From Thermodesulfobacteriota bacterium (lineage in GTDB: Bacteria; Desulfobacterota; Desulfobacteria; Desulfobacterales; C00003060), in assembly GCA_034189385.1 (NCBI GenBank), contig JAXHVD010000010.1, positions 32,001 through 96,000 on the forward strand: a DNA stretch of 64,000 nucleotides, in the 5' to 3' direction. Every line of letters starts with the position of its first letter. Position 1 is the first letter of the stretch. Both the position numbers and the translations under genes were made by a program. The notes below the pieces were generated by a model. The model did not search any database. It was not told the DNA's origin and saw only the letters and a program-made list of their open reading frames with translations. This document shows positions 29,527 through 38,109 of the stretch, piece by piece.

Positions 29527-30042
29527 CTAAACATCGCGAGCCTTTATGAAATCAAGAGCGACCCTTCTCGGGTCCGATGATCTTCCCCACGTCACAATCA
29601 CCCTGATGTTCACCGTGTTGTTGCCCGGAAGCGCCGTGTTCCAGAACACATTGAATGCCCCCCGATGATCAGTGCCTGTAATAGGGTTATTGGGATCGGC
29701 ATGATCGGCCCAACCGGGGTAGAGCACACTGCCGTCATTAGGATCAACGAACCCGTCATTGTTGCCATCATCATCGTTGTCCAATCCAGGGAGCCCGTCA
29801 CCGTTTGTATCTGCCAACAGGGTGTGAAGCACACCCGTGCTTGGATCAATATAGGGGATGAGCATCAAGGACTCTAACCGCTCTTCGGCCAGCGCCACGG
29901 CCCTGGCCTGATCATTTGCCAGGGCGTTGCCCTTGACGGACTTGATCTGCATGGCAGCTACGGCAAGAATACCGATGGCCAGCACAGCCATGGCCACCAT
30001 GACCTCTATAAGGGAAAACCCTTCTTCGTCCTTTGTTTTCAT
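29527..30042 (-). CDS. pilV: Minor pilin PilV
   Basis: G|FSLIEVMVAMAVLAIGILAVAAMQ, C-terminal VIVTW. Confidence 0.88.
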   Translation of the reverse strand: MKTKDEEGFSLIEVMVAMAVLAIGILAVAAMQIKSVKGNALANDQARAVALAEERLESLMLIPYIDPSTGVLHTLLADTNGDGLPGLDNDDDGNNDGFVDPNDGSVLYPGWADHADPNNPITGTDHRGAFNVFWNTALPGNNTVNIRVIVTWGRSSDPRRVALDFIKARDV

Positions 30043-30059
30043 GAATCATCGCCCCGTTT

Positions 30060-31091
30060 TTACAAGTTCCTGCATTTTGCAGTGGTCATCAGAAGCCTCA
30101 TGCGTCGATGGTCGTTGTTGGGATCAGCGTCGGTGTCTGGCGTGATGACCTGATTGCCCACCACAAAGGTGTTCCTCTCCACGATCTTGGTGTCCCAGCG
30201 CGCCGAACGTGCCAGGAGCCAAACACGCACGGCCATGATTCTGGCTACTGGCACATCAGCGATGGCAATTCCGGAAAAGTCCATCAGCATCTGGCCGCCG
30301 ATAGGGCCGTTTCCCCCCACGCCGGGACCGTCATCAGCGTCAATATCGCCATCACTGTCTGTATCTAAGTTGGTGTCCAGATCATTGTCTCCGTCCGAAT
30401 CGATGGCCCAAATCGTTCTCTCGCGCGGCGATCCTGCCGGTGCGTTGACAGCGTCATAGGTATCCAGAAGGCCATCGTTGTTGGCGTCAAAGGCATAGGC
30501 AAACCCGAGGGCCTCCACGTTTTCTGCAACGAACTCTTCTTCTGGCAGGGCTGGGTTTGCCGGGGGGACTGCTGCATCCTGCCTTCTGAGATCCAGGTCA
30601 GGACCCGGGTGGACAGGATCCATGAAACCGTCATTATCAATGTCGAAGAGGGAGTAGGTGATCGTCTCATTGGGATCGTCGGCAACGCCGTCACCGAACT
30701 GGAATTCATCGGCCTCAAGACCCGTATCCACCGTCCCATCGCCGTCGTCATCAATGCCGTTGGTGTCTTCGTCCGTAATGCCGTCCAAATCGTTATCGCG
30801 GCCATCACTCTCTCCGCCGGTGATATCCATGGTAAAGGTAATGGAGGTGGGGGCCGCTGTCTGAATGCCGAAGTTTCCTGAAATGGCCGTATCATAACCA
30901 GCCATGCGGATTTCTCTTCCCATGTAAAACATGGCGGCCTTCAGATTCTGCTGCATGGCCGCCACCTGTTCCTGGGTCACATAGGACTCCTGTTGCGTCC
31001 TGTAGGCCAAGAAGACGCCGCCGGCCACAATGGTGGACATGACCATGGCGATGAGGACCTCTATCAGTGTAAAACCTTGTCTGTTGAGCAT
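30060..31091 (-). CDS. pilW: Minor pilin PilW with Asp-rich inserts
   Basis: QG|FTLIEVLIAM, MQQNLKAAM...REIRMAGY, VAENVEAL, MAVRVWLLARS. Confidence 0.88.
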   Translation of the reverse strand: MLNRQGFTLIEVLIAMVMSTIVAGGVFLAYRTQQESYVTQEQVAAMQQNLKAAMFYMGREIRMAGYDTAISGNFGIQTAAPTSITFTMDITGGESDGRDNDLDGITDEDTNGIDDDGDGTVDTGLEADEFQFGDGVADDPNETITYSLFDIDNDGFMDPVHPGPDLDLRRQDAAVPPANPALPEEEFVAENVEALGFAYAFDANNDGLLDTYDAVNAPAGSPRERTIWAIDSDGDNDLDTNLDTDSDGDIDADDGPGVGGNGPIGGQMLMDFSGIAIADVPVARIMAVRVWLLARSARWDTKIVERNTFVVGNQVITPDTDADPNNDHRRMRLLMTTAKCRNL

Positions 31092-31118
31092 TTGCGACCT
31101 CTTCTTATTGATAGGTTA

Positions 31119-31724
31119 TCACTCATCAAAGGCGCCATCCCAATTTGCGCTGCCGGGGAACCATTTTCTGACGACGATATTCCCATTCGCCCTGGTTCCC
31201 ACTGCATAGGTGTGACGGCTTTGGAGAGGCCCGTTTCTGTTGTTTTCCAAATAGACAAAGCCCGCATTGCATAGCCCCCGGGAATCGAAGACCAGCACGT
31301 TGGAAGGGTACCCGATATCATCAAGGGCGGGAAAGATGCCCCCTCCTGCTGATGCATTGGTGGTAGCGTGACCGTGGCCGTAGTCTATGCTATTCCCGTA
31401 ACCGATGAGTCGCCCCTGCTTCCTCACCGTATCAGTGCCCCCCAATTGAGACGGCATGTCCCACCCATCTCCACCATTGTCAGAACACACAAAGTATCTT
31501 CCTGGAGAGACACTGTTATCAAAGATAATCGCCCAGTCTGAATTCGCTCTAATGGCTCCCAACTTGGTCCATTGCATGCTTGAATACAGATCTGTTGCAG
31601 CCCTCCTGAGCCTGAAGTTGTGCAGCCAGTCCGTAAGGCGGGGGGCGGCAAGATTGGCCACAATGGCCAAGGTGGCCAATGCCACCAGCAGTTCCACCAG
31701 TGTCAATCCAGAATCTTTGCGCAT
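31119..31724 (-). CDS. Minor pilin FimU/FimT (GspH family)
   Basis: SG|LTLVELLVAL, LRRAATDLYS, LVFDSRG. Start set at MRKDSG because the longer ORF start overlaps the sigma-54 promoter. Confidence 0.85.
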   Translation of the reverse strand: MRKDSGLTLVELLVALATLAIVANLAAPRLTDWLHNFRLRRAATDLYSSMQWTKLGAIRANSDWAIIFDNSVSPGRYFVCSDNGGDGWDMPSQLGGTDTVRKQGRLIGYGNSIDYGHGHATTNASAGGGIFPALDDIGYPSNVLVFDSRGLCNAGFVYLENNRNGPLQSRHTYAVGTRANGNIVVRKWFPGSANWDGAFDE

Positions 31725-31758
31725 CGTCCACATATCCTCGTCTGTTATCGCTATCCCG

Positions 31759-31774
31759 AGCAAGTTCTGTGCCA
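31759..31774 (-). promoter_or_regulatory. Sigma-54 (-24/-12) promoter of the minor pilin operon
   Basis: Minus strand TGGCACAGAACTTGCT matches TGGCAC-N5-TTGCW exactly, about 35 nt upstream of the fimU start. Confidence 0.85.
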
Positions 31775-32230
31775 TGCTGCCCGTGCGTGAGCCGAGGGCG
31801 CGGCCTGGTGAGAAAAGGGGGGCGAGAAAAGGGGGGCGCCTCCTGGGTACCAGCTATATCTTACTGTAATAAATAAAACATTTTTAGCGGGCTCCATGAT
31901 GACCAGAAAGGGAGGCCCTAGGCGTAAGATCTCACGACGAGGCTGTCTCCATGGGCCAGAAAGCCATCTATAAAAAAATTTTATAGTGCTGTCATAAAGT
32001 TTTATCCTTCATGTTGAGCCGCCGGCCCCCCAAGGATGAGATCCCTGGAGCCGGGGGGGAAACGAGATCGGGCGTTTCTGGATGCTGGAGACTCCGTGGA
32101 GGAAATCTCCTTTGGCGCTGGCGCACAGGGTCGGGGTATGCTAGGTAGGGTGCCGACAGTGGGCGGTTTACCTGTTCCTTACTGAAGGCCTGTGGAAGCG
32201 TCCGGACTAGCTTTGGGCGGTGCTCTGAAT

Positions 32231-33883
32231 ATGGACGGAAGGGACCTGAAAAGAGAGAGGACCACTTTGGAAAAGGCCCTTCTTACCAAAGAGTTGGATT
32301 TCAGTGCCGCCTATATGACCGCAAGCGACCTGCACGGCCTTCTTAAGAGACATCCTGAGCTCATCCGTCCAAAGACCGTTCAAGCCTTGGAAGGGCTCCT
32401 CAAGGATTCACGATATGCTCCTCAAACGCAATCATTCTTTTTTTACAAAGAGGCCGCCGATGCCTTGGCTTCTATTGTCGTCCATGGCAATGGGAAACCG
32501 AGTACAAACGTTGCGATCTCCGCCTTAAAGCAGTTGCTTGCCACTGCGATCGGCGATTCTAAAAGGGCCTGTGCTGAGGCCTTGGGCTCTCTTCCGGTCT
32601 TTATTGCAGGTCCCAAGAAAAGGCAAGAGGCCGTAGAGGACGTACCCCATGTAACGTGGCAGGCCCTATTGGAACAACGGGGTATCTGCAAGGGCAACGC
32701 CCCCGAGGTGATGGGCAGAAGCCTGGTCCTTTCAACGGATCAAGGGAATCGCCTCTTGGTACTAAAGGTGGCCTTTTCAGAACATCCGGCCCAGTCCATC
32801 TATGAAGAAGCGGTCTGGATGGCACATCTTTCTTCGCAAGGCTATGATTTTCCCGTTAGATTCAATATTCCGAGGGCCATCAGAATGCACGGCAGCTATA
32901 TCTTCGCCTTAGAGGATCTGCCACAAGAAATGTATTCAAGAGGGGCCCTGAATCTGACGGCTCATGCCGTGGGCTTTATTGCCCATCGGGATTACTTCAC
33001 CTATCCCAACGACCATAGGAAAGAAAAACGGCTGACTGAAGAGGAGTTTAGGGAAGTCATGTCCAGAAATGCTTGGCTTTTTGGGAAACTGGCCTCTATG
33101 GGCATTGTCCATTCGGCGCCAATCCCCCTCTTTCACAATCGAGTCCAAAGGACCAGGCGGGCCGATCATGGGCTTTACGAATGGCAACGAGGGGGCAGGC
33201 TGGACAGGTGGCTTGACTCATGCCTCTATCCCAATTTTGGTGTCACAGGCATCAGAGACTTTGAACACCTCGTCGCCTTCAAGGGACCAAGTCGACAGAT
33301 CTACTTTCGTGTCGGCACGCAGATATTGAGCCTGCTCCTTGTCACAGGCAGCTATTTTCGACACAAAGATAGAACAAGAGTGGGACTGGATGACCACGGA
33401 AATCCAGTGGATGCTCGGGACCTTTTTGACAAGCCATTGCTCAGAGACCTTCTTCAGGAAATTTTTCTAAACTATTACAATGGGTTTGTGGGAGAGGCCT
33501 TTGATGGAGGATGTCCCGTAGATGGTGAGGTCATAGCCTGCCGCATGATTGAAGAAATGGGTGTGGACCGCTATATGGAAGAGGTCCTAAGGGTCGTGGA
33601 CCAAAGAGAAATGACAGATGAAGCCTTCAGGGCATTCTTGACCACAAGGGGCTATACAGGGGAACAGGTCCAAGGTTTCACAAAAGGCGTTGAAGACATC
33701 GTCATCTTGAGCGGCCCCCATTTGGGTGGATTCAATGAACGGATCAGTCTGCCCGAGCTCATTGACGCCGTTGGGACCATGTCCGCCCTGTGCATGGTTG
33801 GCAGATACTCCAAGGAAAAGCCTTCTAGTAAGGATCACGCAGAAGGATGTGGGAAGTCCTTAGAACAGCGAAAAGCGTTGTAG
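32231..33883 (+). CDS. SidJ-related pseudokinase
   Basis: Helical N-terminus; LLVLKVA; HSAPIPLFHNRVQRTRRADHGLYEW..GGRLDRWLDSCLYPNFGVTGIRDFEH; GPHLGGFNERISLPEL. Recognised from memory of the SidJ-like family. Alternative start GTG 32192. Confidence 0.8.
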   Translation: MDGRDLKRERTTLEKALLTKELDFSAAYMTASDLHGLLKRHPELIRPKTVQALEGLLKDSRYAPQTQSFFFYKEAADALASIVVHGNGKPSTNVAISALKQLLATAIGDSKRACAEALGSLPVFIAGPKKRQEAVEDVPHVTWQALLEQRGICKGNAPEVMGRSLVLSTDQGNRLLVLKVAFSEHPAQSIYEEAVWMAHLSSQGYDFPVRFNIPRAIRMHGSYIFALEDLPQEMYSRGALNLTAHAVGFIAHRDYFTYPNDHRKEKRLTEEEFREVMSRNAWLFGKLASMGIVHSAPIPLFHNRVQRTRRADHGLYEWQRGGRLDRWLDSCLYPNFGVTGIRDFEHLVAFKGPSRQIYFRVGTQILSLLLVTGSYFRHKDRTRVGLDDHGNPVDARDLFDKPLLRDLLQEIFLNYYNGFVGEAFDGGCPVDGEVIACRMIEEMGVDRYMEEVLRVVDQREMTDEAFRAFLTTRGYTGEQVQGFTKGVEDIVILSGPHLGGFNERISLPELIDAVGTMSALCMVGRYSKEKPSSKDHAEGCGKSLEQRKAL

Positions 33884-34809
33884 CAAAGAGCCGACATGTG
33901 CAGATTGACAAGGAGGCCCTGGCACGATTCTGCCAAAACCTGGTCAATGAGGCCATCACCATTCCCTCTTGGAATAGAAGGTACCATTTTTCCGGGAACA
34001 AAGACGATACCGTCTCCTACCTATTGGTCCTGGACAGCCTGAATTTCTGCTTCTGGCCCAGTTCTGGAAAGGCGAAGTGGAACATCGACTACGGGCAGAA
34101 ACAGCTCTCTGGCTACTATGCCCTGGCAGCCTCTCTCAAAAAGACGTTCAAGTCCGGAATCCCTGTGGGCAAGGCAGACTACCTGAGGGCCCTTACCCTG
34201 GACGAACTAAGAAGGATTCTAGGCGGACAAGGGGAATTGCAACTCATGGAACGTCGTCTACAAATCCTCCACGAACTGGGCCAGGTCTTGATCTCAGATT
34301 TCAGGGGTAAGGCATCCCAGTTGGTCGTCTGTGCTGGCCAATCCGCCATCCGCTTGGCTCGACTGTTGGCCGAGAAACTGACATCATTTCAAGATGTTTC
34401 AAAACATGAGGGGGAGAAGGTCTTCTTCTACAAACGGGCCCAGATATTTGCTGCTGACCTTCACGGCGCATTTGATGGCAAAGACGAGGGGGCCTTTCAG
34501 GACATGGACCAACTCACTGCCTTTGCCGATTACAAACTGCCCCAGGTGCTGCGTCACGCCGGTATCCTTCGATACTCAGGGGCGCTCGTTGAAAAGGTGG
34601 ACCAAGAGGTCCTCCTTGAGCCAGGAAGTCCAGAGGAGGTAGAGATCCGGGCCAACACCATCTGGGCCGTGGAACTTATCCGGCTGGAACTGGAGGGCAT
34701 GGGAAAATCCCTCAGGGCCTTTGAGATCGATTGGCTCCTCTGGAATCTGGGACAAGGATCGGTGTGTAGGATAAAACCCTATCACAAGACAGTGACCATT
34801 TTTTACTGA
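33847..34809 (+). CDS. Queuosine-nucleotide N-glycosylase/hydrolase (queuosine salvage protein, Qng1/DUF2419)
   Basis: VLDSLNFCFW, GYYALAASL, FYKRAQI, LTAFADYKLPQVL, EVEIRA, IDWLLW, PYHKT. Confidence 0.92.
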   Translation: MWEVLRTAKSVVAKSRHVQIDKEALARFCQNLVNEAITIPSWNRRYHFSGNKDDTVSYLLVLDSLNFCFWPSSGKAKWNIDYGQKQLSGYYALAASLKKTFKSGIPVGKADYLRALTLDELRRILGGQGELQLMERRLQILHELGQVLISDFRGKASQLVVCAGQSAIRLARLLAEKLTSFQDVSKHEGEKVFFYKRAQIFAADLHGAFDGKDEGAFQDMDQLTAFADYKLPQVLRHAGILRYSGALVEKVDQEVLLEPGSPEEVEIRANTIWAVELIRLELEGMGKSLRAFEIDWLLWNLGQGSVCRIKPYHKTVTIFY

Positions 34810-34810
34810 T

Positions 34811-35127
34811 ACAAGTTGGCGTCTCAGGGCTAGAAAAGAAGCGCACCCTTATCAACCGTTAGAAATAACTACTAAAAGTGTTCTGAGGTTTCTAGAAAAC
34901 GGAAGAACCCTGCCTTGAACCTTTTTGATGCAATGGGAGCCTCGGGAGAGGGAAATCCGCTTCTCTTCGGCCTCCAATGCCTTTCGTTGCTGCGGGGAGA
35001 TGGTTCGTGGTAATGGCTGTAGGTCTCCGTTCAGCGAATTTCCCACCCCCTCTGTTGCGCATCCCGAGGAGGGATAGAAGTCTTGACAGGCCTACTTTTA
35101 GTGGAAACGAGGGGTGCGAAACTTGAG
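34811..35127. mobile_element. 317-bp non-autonomous insertion with 7-8 bp target-site duplication
   Basis: Flanked by TTACTGAT at 34803-34810 and 35128-35135; ends ACAAGTTGGCG...GCGAAACTTGAG (short inverted CAAGTT/AACTTG); second copy at 10.5-10.7 kb. Confidence 0.85.
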
Positions 35128-35133
35128 TTACTG

Positions 35134-36333
35134 ATGTTCTCATTTGAGGTATTAGCTGAACAAGGAAGGGCCCGGGCCAGCCGCTTGGTCACCCCTCATG
35201 GGCCTATCGACACCCCCTCCTTTGTCCCTGTGGGCACCCAGGGAACCGTCAAGACACTGTCGGGAGAAGATCTTCGTGGGATGGGAAGCCAGGTGGTGAT
35301 CACCAATGCCTACCATCTTCATCTCCAACCGGGCGAGGATGTAATCAAGAGACTTGGAGGGCTCCATGGATTCATGGGATGGGACGGCCCCCTGATGATG
35401 GATTCCGGGGGGTTTCAGATCTTCAGCCTCGGGGCAGGCAAAGAACATGGGGTGGGAAAGATCGCCCCGATCTTTCCGGAAGAGCAAGACCGGGGACGGC
35501 ACCTGCGTCCTGGTAAAGGAAAACGGCTAGTCAAGGTAGACGAGGAAGGGGTGGAATTTGTCTCGTACCTGGACGGCTCCAGACATCGTTTTACGCCCCA
35601 TGGCGTCCTCGAGATAGAGGAGAAGCTAGGGGCCGATATCATTTTAATCCTCGATGAGTGCACCTCTCCTCTCCACGACTACCGGTACACCGAGATGGCC
35701 ATGGAGCGGACCCACCGCTGGGCCCTCCAGGCCCTGGGGGCATTCCAGGGCTCTGGCAATAAAAGACAAGCCCTTTTTGGAATCGTTCAGGGTGGAATGT
35801 ATGAGGACCTGAGGCAAGAAAGTGCCTCCTTTATTGGAGATCAGAATTTCGACGGTTTTGCCATTGGTGGCTCCCTCGGCAGATCCAAGACAGAGATGCA
35901 CCAAGTGTTGGAGTGGGTTGTCCCTCTTCTGCCAGCAGAGAAGCCGCGCCATCTCCTGGGCATTGGCGACATGGACGACATCTTCCAGGTCGTAAACCGT
36001 GGAATCGATCTCTTCGACTGCGTGGCACCGACGCGTATGGCCCGCACGGGAACGGTTTTTTCCAAAGGGGCGAAACGTCATAGAATACATATCCTCAATG
36101 CCCAGTTCAGGGAAGACCGGCGCCCCATTGACGGGACATGCCACTGTCCCACCTGTCGCCACTACTCCAGGGCCTATCTGAGACACCTATTTATCGCCAA
36201 GGAGCTTCTGGGGGTGCGGCTGGCAACGATTCACAATGTCTGGTTCCTTGAATCGCTCATGGGCCAGATCCGAAGTGCTATCAGAGAAGGAAGGCTTGGG
36301 GACCTGGAAAGAGAATGGTGCCCTCAAACCTAG
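35134..36333 (+). CDS. tgt: tRNA-guanine transglycosylase
   Basis: FVPVGTQGTVK, NAYHL, DSGGFQIFSL, LDECT, GIVQGG, AIGGSLG, PRHLLGIG, DLFDCVAPTR, Zn site CHCPTC...HN. Confidence 0.97.
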   Translation: MFSFEVLAEQGRARASRLVTPHGPIDTPSFVPVGTQGTVKTLSGEDLRGMGSQVVITNAYHLHLQPGEDVIKRLGGLHGFMGWDGPLMMDSGGFQIFSLGAGKEHGVGKIAPIFPEEQDRGRHLRPGKGKRLVKVDEEGVEFVSYLDGSRHRFTPHGVLEIEEKLGADIILILDECTSPLHDYRYTEMAMERTHRWALQALGAFQGSGNKRQALFGIVQGGMYEDLRQESASFIGDQNFDGFAIGGSLGRSKTEMHQVLEWVVPLLPAEKPRHLLGIGDMDDIFQVVNRGIDLFDCVAPTRMARTGTVFSKGAKRHRIHILNAQFREDRRPIDGTCHCPTCRHYSRAYLRHLFIAKELLGVRLATIHNVWFLESLMGQIRSAIREGRLGDLEREWCPQT

Positions 36334-36431
36334 TCCCTGGGGTCAGGTGAGATAGGGATCTTTTCGTCCTCCTCGACCCTTGGAGTGTCTCTGCCGGTGT
36401 GTTGCGGGCAACTGCCCTGCCCTGTCGTCCC

Positions 36432-36632
36432 TCAGGTGGATTTGCTCAAGACCTCTCCAACCCTAAAGAGCGTGTCCATCAGATGGCCTATCCGCCTGCG
36501 AAGCTCGACATATCCCTCTGCCGACAGTTCACCATCGCAAGCCCTGAGCGCTCTGATAGCCGCCTCTATCTTCTCGAGCGCCTCACTCTGTTTTGCAGAT
36601 GCCGTCAGAGAGCCATCCTCCTCTTTATCCAA
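36432..36632 (-). CDS. Small hypothetical helical protein
   Basis: 66 aa ORF, TTG start with AGGAG RBS 7 nt upstream; no recognised family. Confidence 0.45.
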   Translation of the reverse strand: MDKEEDGSLTASAKQSEALEKIEAAIRALRACDGELSAEGYVELRRRIGHLMDTLFRVGEVLSKST

Positions 36633-36712
36633 CTGATTTCTCCTCCTGTGGCAAGGCCCTGATCCGCTGCAAGGGCCCCATGAAGACTCCTGGGCCGTGA
36701 CCTTTTCGACCT

Positions 36713-36913
36713 GAGACCTTTGCAGAACCCCTTCTCACTTCATTCTGTGAGCGATTTGACCCATTTTTAGCCTTGCTCGCTAAATCGCAAAAAATCGCCC
36801 TAAGGGCCTCAAACAGTTTGCGATTTGCCCACTAGTGTGGGCCGCTCGCTGTGGCCAAATGGGTACCCCAAATAGCTCACAATTACCGTTCGAAAGAGTT
36901 ATGCAAAGGTCTC
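36713..36913. mobile_element. 201-bp palindromic MITE
   Basis: TIRs GAGACCTTTGCAGAAC / GTTATGCAAAGGTCTC (15/16), flanking direct repeat GACCT, internal inverted arms. Confidence 0.85.
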
Positions 36914-37125
36914 GACCTGCGTGGGGTGTAGTCGAAACGATAGATGGTCGACGGAGAAATGTCAATCGATATTAAACAGTTATGTTTTTTTGCTCGCCAA
37001 GACCGCGCCCCTGGGGCCAAGGGAGGACAGGGCAACACCGCCAGTCCACACAGGCATGTGACGCCCCTTTCAACCCATTTTTGGTTTGCCTAACGGGGCG
37101 CATTCTTATATGAAACAGCTTATTA

Positions 37126-37245
37126 GTGTCCATCCATACATGACATTCTTTGCACGAATAGTGCATCTCCGCGGTGTTGCTCCTGCGGTGAAAACCCTTG
37201 TACGGCCTTGCCTTAGGACAAGATCCACCCTTTCTGGATGGACAC
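37126..37245. mobile_element. 120-bp MITE-like element
   Basis: Perfect 11-bp TIR GTGTCCATCCA / TGGATGGACAC; ends resemble those of 52849-53011. Confidence 0.7.
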
Positions 37246-37395
37246 ACGCGAATGTGTTGTGTCGTCGAAAAAAAACGTTCGTGGAAGGGGATTGATGAGC
37301 TCTTTTTCGCAGGCCTGGGGAAATGACACCTTGATCCAGAAGCCTTTGGGTACGGCGCGGGTGATGTTGGAGACTCTGTTGGAAAGCCGACGGTC

Positions 37396-38058
37396 ATGCG
37401 TTACTATCCTGTAAACTTGGACGTCCGACACAGGGACTGTCTCGTGGTAGGAGGGGGGAGCGTCGCCGAGCGAAAGGTGCGAACCCTCCTTGAATGTGGG
37501 GCCAAGATTACAGTCATTACCCTGGACGCCACCGAACACCTTGAGGCACTAGGGACAAATAGTCATATTTCACTGAGATTCAAGGGGTATCAATCATCTG
37601 ACCTGGACGGAAGGTTTCTTGTCATTGGTGCCACGGACGACGAATTGACGAACCAGACCATCAGCCAGGACGCCGCAGCCCGAGGGATTCTCTGCAATAT
37701 CGCCGACCGTCCTGGAGTCTGCACGTTTGTCCTTCCTGCCATTGCCTGCCAAGGCGACTTGGTCATTGCCATTTCCACCTCAAATAAGAGTCCGGCAGTG
37801 GCAAAGTACATACGGCAAGCCATGGAAAAGGAATTCGGGCCGGAATATGCCGCGCTCTTGAACCTCATGGGAGCCATTCGCCAAAGGTTCATGGCCGAGG
37901 CAAAGAGCCCAGAGGCCCACAAGGAGCTCTTCGGCCGGTTGCTTGATAAGGGGCTTGTGGAAATGATCCGAGAGGATCGCCTTCAAGATGTAGACGCCCT
38001 ACTCAAAGAGGTGTTGGGAAACGGATATACGTGGAAGGATCTAGTGACAAGCCATTGA
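37396..38058 (+). CDS. sirC: Precorrin-2 dehydrogenase / sirohydrochlorin ferrochelatase (SirC/CysG N-terminal type)
   Basis: YYPVNL, LVVGGGSVAERK, VIGATDD, CNIADRP, IAISTSNKSPA. Confidence 0.92.
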   Translation: MRYYPVNLDVRHRDCLVVGGGSVAERKVRTLLECGAKITVITLDATEHLEALGTNSHISLRFKGYQSSDLDGRFLVIGATDDELTNQTISQDAAARGILCNIADRPGVCTFVLPAIACQGDLVIAISTSNKSPAVAKYIRQAMEKEFGPEYAALLNLMGAIRQRFMAEAKSPEAHKELFGRLLDKGLVEMIREDRLQDVDALLKEVLGNGYTWKDLVTSH

Positions 38059-38109
38059 GGCGGTAGCAGCCTTGCTTTGACCTATGCTACTTTTGCGAGG
38101 GGACACGCT

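Noticed and set aside
34885..34912. preQ1-I riboswitch-like GAGGTTTCTAG...CCCT upstream of tgt
   Set aside because: No proper P1 stem or A-rich 3' tail, and it lies inside a TSD-flanked repeat that also occurs before an unrelated gene.
34852..35046. Paralogous small ORFs TISPQ..KALEAEEK (also 10572-10859)
   Set aside because: The similarity comes from the shared DNA repeat; starts and ends differ and no RBS is evident.
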